NCBI GenBank assembly: GCA_040219255.1
Contig: JAVJSW010000082.1
Location: 1 to 20,379 of the forward strand
DNA: 20,379 nt
Direction of reading: 5' to 3'
From: Sumerlaeia bacterium
GTDB lineage: Bacteria; Sumerlaeota; Sumerlaeia; SLMS01; JAHLLQ01
Shown here one piece after another: positions 1 through 7,395 of this stretch. The position numbers were made by a program, and so were the translations under genes. Each line of letters begins with the position of its first letter. The stretch's first letter is position 1. The notes beneath the pieces were generated by a model. The model saw only the letters and a list, made by a program, of their open reading frames with translations, had not been told where the DNA came from and did no database searches.

Positions 1-1
1 G

Positions 2-350
2 AACGAGCACCTGGCCCGCTGGCTGGGACGGTGGAGCGCCCGCCGAGAGGTCGCCGCGATCGATGGCAAGGCGTTGCGCGGCCAGGGCGGCTACGTCCTC
101 TCGGTTTACTCGCCCGCCAGCGGCCACGTCCTCTGGCAGGAGAATGTCGGCGAAAAAGAAAACGAACTCAGCGCCTTGCTGCGCGCCCTGCCCGCCCTGT
201 GCGAGCGCCTCGGAAAAGTGCGGGTTTTCACTGGCGACGCGGGCTTTTGCCATAAGGAGGTGGCCCGCCTTCTGACCGAGCGGCGCCGCGATTACCTGCT
301 GCAGCTGAGGAGAAAACCGGGGAGATTACTTTGAGAAAGTCCTGGCTTGA
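2..350 (+). pseudogene. ISAs1-family DDE transposase remnant, entering from the left edge, frameshifted and truncated
   Basis: Frame 2 reads ...EVAAIDGKALRG...VLWQENVGEKENELSA...VFTGDAGFCHKEVARLL...DYLLQL. This matches the ISAs1 pattern IAIDGK-LRG / Q-V-EKSNE / T-DA-CQK / DYVLALK-NQ. The frame stops at 332-334. Skipping one base at about 311 gives LRENRGDYFEKVLA followed by TGA at 348-350. The C-terminal catalytic half is not recognisable downstream. Confidence 0.85.
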
Positions 351-414
351 GAGGGGATGGCGTCCGATCCTCCTTGCGTCAGGCCTGAATTAATGCGTTG
401 CTTCCCCAGACTCC

Positions 415-428
415 GGAAATCGATTTCC
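415..428. promoter_or_regulatory. Perfect 14-bp palindrome GGAAATCGATTTCC, candidate operator
   Basis: Exact dyad in an AT-richer intergenic stretch, ending 16 bp upstream of a predicted -35 box. Confidence 0.4.
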
Positions 429-444
429 CGGGGGAATCTCGCAA

Positions 445-473
445 TTGACGGTTGCGGTCGTGGCCTGTATTCT
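445..473 (+). promoter_or_regulatory. sigma70-type promoter for the 530 gene and possibly the cluster
   Basis: TTGACG (445-450), 17-bp spacer, TATTCT (468-473). An AAGGAG ribosome-binding site at 518-523 precedes ATG 530. Confidence 0.7.
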
Positions 474-529
474 CCTTACAAGAGGGTGAATGGCGCCGAA
501 GATTCGCCGCCGTGCCAAGGAGAGCCGCA

Positions 530-1630
530 ATGATTCGAAGCATGATTCGTCCCCTGTCCGGTCTCGCGATCGCCGCTGTGTTGGCGGCGGGCGCGGTGTC
601 GGAGGTGAGGGCCCAAGGTGGATTCGCTGCGGGGGGGCTGGCTCCGCCGAGCGCGATGGACACGCTGAACGAGGGCGGCACGGGGCCGTCCGGAGGATTT
701 GGTATCGACCGGGCGCGTGGCGCGGTGGATCAGGCGAACGCGCGCGATCCTTTTGGCGGAGGCGGCGGTGCCGCTGCTGACCCGTTTGGTGTCGGTGGCG
801 GGGCGGCGGCCGATCCCTTTGGCGGTGGCGGGGGGGCGGATCCCTTCGGCGGCGGCGGGGGAGATTTCGCGGCGTCCGGTCCGGCGTTCGTGGATCCGGG
901 TCAGGTGCCCGGGGCGGCGACGCCGGGGGTGAATGTGCCGCGGATTCAGGTGATCTGGGGCGAGCGCATCATCGACGCGAACACGGGAGAGATCCTGCAG
1001 GACGCGCGTAAGCTGCGCGTGCCGTCGCTGGTGCAGAACGAGTATTACAACGACGGCGAGCAGGGGATGGATTTCGAGGCGGACGACCGGGTCTGGACGA
1101 ACGTGACGTTGCGCGACGATGTGGTGTCGCCGGAGACGCACTTTATCAAGACGAAGCTGCTGCGGGCGCTGGAAGTGGCGGAGAACACGGACCCGATGCG
1201 GTTCGCCGGGGTGCGGGTGGCGACGTCGGAGCAGCTTTCGACGGTGCCGAAGATTCTGGATTTGGAAGCGGAGCGCGACGAGAAGCTGAAGCAGTGGGCG
1301 CAGCGGTTCCTGCGCGATTTCCGCACCGATCCGGACAACGACGATCCGGCGAGTTTTTCGTTCGTGGAGACTTACATGCCGGCGCCTCCGCGGGTGCCGG
1401 ACGTGAATATCCCAGCGAGTTTCGCTCCGCCGCAGGCGAGTGCGGGCGGCGCGGGAGCGGGCGGCCTGGGGCCGACGGGCGGTAATATCGGCGCGGGGAC
1501 CCGCGGCGGTGTGCGGAACGCTTTCAGTGTGGATACGATTCAGGACAGCCCGGGAGCTTCGAGTTCGTACTTCGGTGGCGGCAACGCGAGCGGGGTCTCG
1601 GTGGTCGACAGCCAGGTCGGCGGGTTTTGA
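530..1630 (+). CDS. Exported Gly/Pro-rich hypothetical protein with DPF repeats and a choice-of-anchor-X-like acidic motif
   Basis: Start moved from 452 to ATG 530 because of the RBS and promoter. Sec signal MIRSMIRPLSGLAIAAVLAAGAVSEVRA|Q. Contains four DPF-Gly repeats, a central folded region with YNDGEQGMDFEADDRVWT, and a low-complexity C-tail. Confidence 0.85.
   Translation: MIRSMIRPLSGLAIAAVLAAGAVSEVRAQGGFAAGGLAPPSAMDTLNEGGTGPSGGFGIDRARGAVDQANARDPFGGGGGAAADPFGVGGGAAADPFGGGGGADPFGGGGGDFAASGPAFVDPGQVPGAATPGVNVPRIQVIWGERIIDANTGEILQDARKLRVPSLVQNEYYNDGEQGMDFEADDRVWTNVTLRDDVVSPETHFIKTKLLRALEVAENTDPMRFAGVRVATSEQLSTVPKILDLEAERDEKLKQWAQRFLRDFRTDPDNDDPASFSFVETYMPAPPRVPDVNIPASFAPPQASAGGAGAGGLGPTGGNIGAGTRGGVRNAFSVDTIQDSPGASSSYFGGGNASGVSVVDSQVGGF
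746..868 (+). repeat. Intragenic imperfect tandem repeat encoding (A)DPFGGGGG x4 plus a final DF
   Basis: DPFGGGGGAAA-DPFGVGGGAAA-DPFGGGGGA-DPFGGGGG-DF. Codons differ synonymously between copies (gatcctttt, gacccgttt, gatcccttt, gatcccttc). Confidence 0.9.
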
Positions 1631-1737
1631 TCGCGGGATATGAACTTGAGAAAAGGCGATTTGACGTTGCGCCCGCGGGCGGGGCGGGTCCAAGTGGCGA
1701 CTGAACCCCCGGAAGCAAGGCGGAACGCATCCTGACC

Positions 1738-2244
1738 ATGAAGACGCAGCAGGTGGACGAAGCCCTGGCGGTAGCTCAGCAGACACTGGAGCAGTGGCTG
1801 AGTTTCCGAAAGTTCATGCTCAAGGCTTTCTCCGACGATCCTCTGGCGGCGGAGGAGGAGACGAATTTCCTGGACGTGAAGAGCGCGATGACGCGCAACA
1901 CGCGGGCGCTGGACGAGTGTACCCGGGCAGCCGGCAAGCTCGATTACGGCAGCAAGGAAATCCAGGAGTTGCGCAACAAGTGCGTGTCGATGCAGCACCT
2001 GCGGGGTCTGCCTCAGAACGACCGGCTAGGTTTGTATCAGGAATGGCACAAGGTGTTCGTGCGGCTGAGCCGTACGGTGGGTGCCTTTAAGTTTATGTCC
2101 GAGGGTTTTGTGCCCGCGGATCCGAAGAAGAAGAAAAAGGGAGGCAAAGGCGGTGGTGGCGGCAAAGGCGCCATGATCGGTGTGGTGGTTGCCGTCGTCG
2201 TGTTGGGCGGGGCGGCCGCCGTGTACTTCCTTTTCCTTGCCTGA
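1738..2244 (+). CDS. Tail-anchored helical hypothetical protein (paralogue A)
   Basis: 168 aa with no N-terminal signal. Soluble helical domain, then a KKKKKGGKGGGGGKG linker, then one C-terminal hydrophobic helix (AMIGVVVAVVVLGGAAAVYFLFLA). Aligns by eye with 5778..6194. Confidence 0.85.
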   Translation: MKTQQVDEALAVAQQTLEQWLSFRKFMLKAFSDDPLAAEEETNFLDVKSAMTRNTRALDECTRAAGKLDYGSKEIQELRNKCVSMQHLRGLPQNDRLGLYQEWHKVFVRLSRTVGAFKFMSEGFVPADPKKKKKGGKGGGGGKGAMIGVVVAVVVLGGAAAVYFLFLA

Positions 2245-2376
2245 CGTCATTTTTTATGGCGGCGGGGGGTTGACGATTCCGCTTGTCTTTGCTTGCGCCT
2301 CTCTGCGCGGCATTCGTGAATGCGGTGAATCGACTCTCTGTCCGCAGCCCTGACCTGTCCCTGGAGGCTCTCATCC

Positions 2377-5300
2377 ATGAAGTTCCGCCGGAGCGCGCCC
2401 CTTCGCAAGACATTGCTTATCGCACTGGTGATCTCGACCGGCATCGGTTTGAGCGGCTGTCAGGGTGTGCGCGCGAATAACGCCATCAAACGCACGCAGA
2501 CCTTGCTCGAGGAGATGGCCAGTCTGGACGGCGAAGAGCACGCGCCCGATCAGATCACGCAAATCCGAGAGCTGGTCAACAACGCGACCCAGCAGCTGTC
2601 CGCCGATAACGCGGGTCAGGCTCTTCAGCAGGCTCAGCAGGCGAAAGACCTGGCCGAGCGGACTCTGATCGAAGTGGAAGCGGCGGAAGCCCGCGACCTC
2701 TGGGAAGAATCCCAGCGCGAGATCGAAGTCGCCGACATCAACCAGCTCAACCGCCTCGACACGAATCTCTACCAGCAGATCATCCTTCTGCAGGAAGAGG
2801 GCCGCGAAGCCCGCAACAATAACGAATACGCCACGATGATCAACGTCTCGCGCGAGATCATCGACAAAGTGACGACTGGTCTGGCGGATGTGAAGGCCAG
2901 CGCCGAGAAGGCGCAGGACGAGGCGCAGGCCCAGTTGCAGCGCCTGCGCACGGAAGGCGGCCAGGAATACACACCGGAAACGGTGATCTCGGTGACCGAC
3001 TCGCTCGAGCGCGGGACACAGACGCTCGAAGAGAAGCGCGACTACATTTTGGCCGAGAACATCTTCAACGACGCCGCGTCCGACGCCACCCAGGGCATCG
3101 AGAACGTGCGGCGCCTGAAGGCGAGCGAGGAAATCGAGCGCATCGAAAACCTGCTGGCCGTGGCCAGCCAGGAAGGCGCGCGGGAGTTCCTGCCGAACGA
3201 ATTCGAGAGCGTGGTCAAGACCCTCGAGTCGCTGCTGGCGAACTTCGCCGACAACCGCTACAATTCGGTCATGGTCGGTGCCCGCGAGCTTCGTCCCCGC
3301 GTGGAGGCGTTGGTGATCGACACCAAACGCGCCGCCGCGGATTCCCGCATCGAAACGATCCGCCGCGACATCTCCGACCTGGTCGAGGGCGGCGCCCGCG
3401 AGTACCTGCCGGAGCAGTTGGCGGAATTGGAAGAGTACCTGGTGGCGGCGCAGGAAGTGCGCCGCAGGGACACGGAAGAAGCGTTCGACGAAATCAAAGA
3501 GATCGCCCGCGAAGCCGCCGACGAAGCGGACAAGATCAACCGTGCCTTCGACGATCTGGCGGCGGAAGCGATCCGGTTGGCCAATAATCGTCTGGATACG
3601 GTGCAGGAAGTTTATCGCCAGGTGCCTCAGATTTTCGAGCCCATCGAAGGCATCGAAGGCATGTCGTCCTTCGATCAGGCGAAGGAAGCCCGCACGGTGC
3701 AGTTGGGCGAAGAGATCGAGCAGTCCCGCCAGAACCTGCGCGTGGCGGCTCAGCGCCAGCGCAGCGGGCGGTTCAAGAGCGCGATCGAACTGAGCGAGCA
3801 GCAGGCCCGCATCGCCGACCGGCTGCTGGGCGAGGTTTACCGCCTTGTGGCTCAGAACGCCGCGATGGAGTTGGCGAACCTGATCAGCCGCTACGAGCGT
3901 GATGGCGCCCGCCAGTACGCCGAGGAAGAATTGGAGCGCAGCAAGCGGGACTTGCAGCGTGTGAAAGACGCGATCAACCGCGGCGATTTCCTGCTGGCGA
4001 CAGAGTTGGCTTCAGCCGCCCGCGCCAATGTGGAATTGACGGCTCAGCGCATTTCCGGCCGCGCCGTGGAAAGCATTCAGCAGGCCCGCGCCGCGGCGCA
4101 GGGCGCACGCAACGCCAAGACCGAGCGCTTCAGCCAGTCGCAGCTCAACCAGGTCGCCGACCTGATCGCCCAGGCGGAGCGCGACTTGAAGGACAATCGT
4201 CTCAAGAGCGCGGTGGAAACCGCCAATCAGGCCACCCAGTTGGCCCGCCAGGCCGAGGCGACTGCCAACCGGCTGGCGGCGGAAGAAGCCATCGAGGAAG
4301 CCGGATCGAAGATCGCCCGGGCGGAAGCCGCCGGAGCGGCCCTCTACGCCGGTCCGCAGATCGAAGCCGCCCGTAACCTGCTGAGTTCGGCCCAGCGCCT
4401 GAGTTCGGCGGGTGAATTCCTCCAGGCGGAAGAGCAGGCCAGCGCCAGCGCCGAACGCGCCGACCAGGGCTTCTACCGTCTCGTGGACGAAGCGGACGCC
4501 TTTATCGCCGACGCGAAAGCGGTCGGTGGCTGGGACTACAAGACCGATCAGTTGGCCCAGGCCAGCGCTCTGACGCGCCAATCGCGCGAGCAGTTGCAGG
4601 CCGGGCAGTTCGAGGAAGCCATCTCCAAAGCGCGCAAGGCCCAATCGCTGGCCCGCGATGTGGCTGGGAGCACGAAGAACTACAACTTCGAAGAGGCCGT
4701 GGAGCGCATCCGCAAGAACCTCGACGAGGGCGAGGATCAAGGCATCAATTACTTCCAGGTGGGCGAGTCGATCGACGTGCGTCAGCGCCTGGTGGAATTG
4801 CAGAACCGCTACGACCTTGAGGTTTACGAGGAAGTGATGGCGGCGATGCAGGAACTGGAAGCGGATCTGCGGCGCACTCTCGACTCGACCGACCAAGTGG
4901 TGGAGACGGTGGCGACGCAGCAGGGTCAGCGGCTGGACTTCCTGATCGAGCGGGGAGCCCGCAATTTCGCCGACGATCTGGCCCGCGCGGCGCGCCGGAA
5001 CCTGCGCCTCGCGCGTGAAGATTACGCCAAGGGTCTCTACAAGCCGGCCCACAGCGCCCTGGACCTGGCCATCGATCAGATCAACGAAATCGAAGCGCGA
5101 TTCCTGCAGGAAATGTATTCCCGCCGGATGAACGAGCTTTACCGCGAGTACGCCCAGGCCCAGGCCGGTTTCAAGAACGTCTTGCAACTCGGTCCGACGG
5201 AAATGAAGGAACTGGCCTTTGGCAGCTACGCCCGGGGCAACGCGGTGGCCATCGCCAGCCAACTGACGCCGAACGAGTTCCGCGCCCAGGTGGAGTTGAT

Positions 5301-5580
5301 CTACTCGAAGGCGGCACAGATCGAGCCGCCGGCCGGGCTGGAGACCTTCCACGAGGAGTCGGTGCGCGCCCTGAACCTCGGCCGTATCGCCGCCATTCAC
5401 TTCGAGAAGCTGATTATTCTCGATGTGGCCTCCGGACGCGAGGCGGAGCGCTTGATCGATGTGGCGTACGCCCGCATCAACGAGTCGAACGCGATTATCG
5501 CCGACCTGAAGCGCGACTTCTTCGACGACGAAGTGCGCTTCCGGCTGGTGACGGCGGATCTCGGCGGCGTGTCACGCTAA
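2377..5580 (+). CDS. Large alpha-helical lipoprotein with tandem ~72-aa DUF4398-like repeats
   Basis: 1067 aa with a GGAGG RBS. Signal peptide with lipobox LSG|C. Ala/Glu/Arg/Gln-rich. Recurrent G-A-x-x-[YF]-x-P-x-x motif (GGQEYTPE, GAREFLPNE, GAREYLPEQ, GARQYAEEE, GAALYAGPQ, GARNFADD). Confidence 0.9.
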   Translation: MKFRRSAPLRKTLLIALVISTGIGLSGCQGVRANNAIKRTQTLLEEMASLDGEEHAPDQITQIRELVNNATQQLSADNAGQALQQAQQAKDLAERTLIEVEAAEARDLWEESQREIEVADINQLNRLDTNLYQQIILLQEEGREARNNNEYATMINVSREIIDKVTTGLADVKASAEKAQDEAQAQLQRLRTEGGQEYTPETVISVTDSLERGTQTLEEKRDYILAENIFNDAASDATQGIENVRRLKASEEIERIENLLAVASQEGAREFLPNEFESVVKTLESLLANFADNRYNSVMVGARELRPRVEALVIDTKRAAADSRIETIRRDISDLVEGGAREYLPEQLAELEEYLVAAQEVRRRDTEEAFDEIKEIAREAADEADKINRAFDDLAAEAIRLANNRLDTVQEVYRQVPQIFEPIEGIEGMSSFDQAKEARTVQLGEEIEQSRQNLRVAAQRQRSGRFKSAIELSEQQARIADRLLGEVYRLVAQNAAMELANLISRYERDGARQYAEEELERSKRDLQRVKDAINRGDFLLATELASAARANVELTAQRISGRAVESIQQARAAAQGARNAKTERFSQSQLNQVADLIAQAERDLKDNRLKSAVETANQATQLARQAEATANRLAAEEAIEEAGSKIARAEAAGAALYAGPQIEAARNLLSSAQRLSSAGEFLQAEEQASASAERADQGFYRLVDEADAFIADAKAVGGWDYKTDQLAQASALTRQSREQLQAGQFEEAISKARKAQSLARDVAGSTKNYNFEEAVERIRKNLDEGEDQGINYFQVGESIDVRQRLVELQNRYDLEVYEEVMAAMQELEADLRRTLDSTDQVVETVATQQGQRLDFLIERGARNFADDLARAARRNLRLAREDYAKGLYKPAHSALDLAIDQINEIEARFLQEMYSRRMNELYREYAQAQAGFKNVLQLGPTEMKELAFGSYARGNAVAIASQLTPNEFRAQVELIYSKAAQIEPPAGLETFHEESVRALNLGRIAAIHFEKLIILDVASGREAERLIDVAYARINESNAIIADLKRDFFDDEVRFRLVTADLGGVSR

Positions 5581-5625
5581 CCCGAAACCCCCGCGGAGAG
5601 TTTTTTCGAGCAGGACCGGACACCG

Positions 5626-5745
5626 ATGGATTTCTTCAACAAGATCAACTACGTCTACAAAGTCGAGATGTTGGCGATCCTCGGGATTGTCCTGCTGTTG
5701 CTGTACGTCTTCTGGGCGTTGAAAATCTTCGAGAAGAAGGAATAG
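5626..5745 (+). CDS. 39-aa single-pass membrane peptide (not in the ORF track)
   Basis: ATG 5626 to TAG 5743-5745 encodes MDFFNKINYVYKVEMLAILGIVLLLLYVFWALKIFEKKE. AGGA/GGA lies upstream, codons are C/G-ending like the neighbours, and there is one TM helix with a basic tail. It fills the gap between two co-oriented genes. Confidence 0.8.
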   Translation: MDFFNKINYVYKVEMLAILGIVLLLLYVFWALKIFEKKE

Positions 5746-5777
5746 CGCGGCGCAAGCGCGGCTGAGAGGGATCACCG

Positions 5778-6194
5778 ATGGCAGCAAAAGCGAAGGACAT
5801 CTTGTCGACGGAGAACCGCATCCTGGTGGTGCGGGAGTACGCGAACCTGTGGCAGCAGTTTTTCACGTTTTTCTCGGAAGATCTGCGCGACCGCCAGATC
5901 ACCCAGCAGGAAGAGCAGGAATTCCAGCAGATCGTGTCCGTTCTGGCTCTGAACCACTACAAGTTCGAAGTGCTGTCGGCCGATGTGTTCAAGGACGCCG
6001 GCAAAATCACGGATGTCCTCAGCCAAACGGTGAACCTCAATCATATCAAGAATCTGCCGGACGCCACCTTCAGCAAAATCCAGGTCGATTGGCACACGCT
6101 CTTTCTCGGCATGCACAAAGCACTCGGCAAACTGCTCAACGAATTGCCGCCAAAGCGACTGGCGGAGTTGCAACAGCAGGGCGTCGTCGGATAA
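5778..6194 (+). CDS. Soluble helical hypothetical protein (paralogue B)
   Basis: 138 aa with a GAGGG RBS. Shares W-x2-F-x2-F...EE-x2-F-x4-S and H-x3-LP-x10-WH-x2-F-x7-G with 1738..2244. No TM segment. Confidence 0.88.
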   Translation: MAAKAKDILSTENRILVVREYANLWQQFFTFFSEDLRDRQITQQEEQEFQQIVSVLALNHYKFEVLSADVFKDAGKITDVLSQTVNLNHIKNLPDATFSKIQVDWHTLFLGMHKALGKLLNELPPKRLAELQQQGVVG

Positions 6195-6237
6195 GCTCCT
6201 TTTCAGCTTCGGCCCAACGGGGAGCACACCACCGCTC

Positions 6238-7395
6238 TTGACCTCCTTTGCGGATATTGACCCACAAGACATCAAGCTCGACTGCCGGTTTTACTCGGGT
6301 TACAAGCCGTGCCATCGCCACGATGGATGCCCCGGCTGCCCGGTCTACGAACCGCGCGGCACGGAGATTCTCATCGTCAAGCTCGGCGCCATGGGCGATG
6401 TGCTGCGTACGAAATCGCTGCTGCCCGGGCTCAAGGCGCTCCACCCCCAGTCCTGGATCACTTGGATCACGGCACCGGGCAGCGAGCCGATCGTGCGCGA
6501 CCCGCGGGTGTCTGAAATTCGGACCTTTACGCCCGCCGGTCTGGCGGCCCTGGAGGGGCGCCGCTTCGATCTCATGCTGTGCCTGGACAAAGACGCCCAC
6601 GCCGTTGCCCTCGCCCGCGGGGTGGATGCCACGCGCAAGCTTGGCTTCGCGCCAACGCCCTTCAATACGATCACGGTGTGGAACGAAGCGAGCGCCTACG
6701 CGCTGCGCCTGGGCCTGAGCGACGATCTGAAGTACCGCATCAACCGCAAGACGGTGCCGGAAATCCTCTACGAAATGGCGGAACTGCCTTACGGGGGACA
6801 GGCTTACGAGCTGACTCTTTCGCAGGAAGCGCGCGACCGGGCCGGCGAGCGACTCGCCGGGGTCGGCCTTCCACAAGGCCGGCCGATCGTCGGGCTCAAT
6901 ACTGGGTGCGGACCGGTGTTCGCGACGAAGGCGTGGACGGCGGCCGGTTTCGCGGACTTGATCGCGCGCCTCGCGAGCGACCCGGAGGGCCCCAGCGTGC
7001 TTCTCCTCGGCGGGCCGAGGGAGCGGGAGCTGAACGCGGAAATCGCCCAGGCGGTGTCCGGGAAGGCCGGCGTGGGCGGCCGGCTTTTCGATGCCGGAAC
7101 CGACAATGACCTGGAAACTTTCTTCGCGCTGATCGAGCGGTGCGCCGCCGTGGTCTCCGCCGACTCGCTGGCGATGCACGTGGCGGTGGCGCTGCGGGTG
7201 CCGGTGGTGGCGTTTTTCGGTCCGACCTCGGCCCAGGAAATCGACCTGTTCGGGCGGGGTGAGAAAATCGTCACGGACTATGCCTGCGCGCCCTGCTATT
7301 TGAAGAGCTGTAATGTCAAGCCTCGCTGCCTGACGGTGATGGAGGCGGCGGAGGTCGAGGCGGCGTTGCGGCGCGTGATGGCGGGGGTCGGCTGA
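6238..7395 (+). CDS. Glycosyltransferase family 9 (ADP-heptose:LPS heptosyltransferase-like)
   Basis: Motifs ILIVKLGAMGDVL, K-x-W (TKAW), ADSLAMHVAVALRVPVVAFFGPT and C-terminal CAPC are typical of GT9. There is an extra N-terminal Cys cluster. The TTG start is uncertain. Confidence 0.9.
   Translation: MTSFADIDPQDIKLDCRFYSGYKPCHRHDGCPGCPVYEPRGTEILIVKLGAMGDVLRTKSLLPGLKALHPQSWITWITAPGSEPIVRDPRVSEIRTFTPAGLAALEGRRFDLMLCLDKDAHAVALARGVDATRKLGFAPTPFNTITVWNEASAYALRLGLSDDLKYRINRKTVPEILYEMAELPYGGQAYELTLSQEARDRAGERLAGVGLPQGRPIVGLNTGCGPVFATKAWTAAGFADLIARLASDPEGPSVLLLGGPRERELNAEIAQAVSGKAGVGGRLFDAGTDNDLETFFALIERCAAVVSADSLAMHVAVALRVPVVAFFGPTSAQEIDLFGRGEKIVTDYACAPCYLKSCNVKPRCLTVMEAAEVEAALRRVMAGVG

Noticed and set aside
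452-529. Upstream TTG start for the DPF protein
   Set aside because: It falls inside the predicted promoter spacer. ATG 530 has the RBS and gives a proper signal peptide.
746-868. Possible CRISPR-like repeat/spacer pattern
   Set aside because: Units are short, in frame and synonymously variable, with no unique spacers or cas genes. It is a protein repeat.
476-1786. 436-aa minus ORF, and likewise 6136..7674
   Set aside because: Both are antisense to genes with clear signals or motifs, and have Arg-rich shadow composition.
4012-5400. 462-aa antisense ORF
   Set aside because: It is the mirror frame of the lipoprotein. Stop-free antisense frames are expected at high GC, and it has no motifs.
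5581-5610. Possible intrinsic terminator after the lipoprotein (CCCCCGCGGAGAG then T6)
   Set aside because: The stem is short and mismatched, so it is not supportable without folding or Term-seq data.
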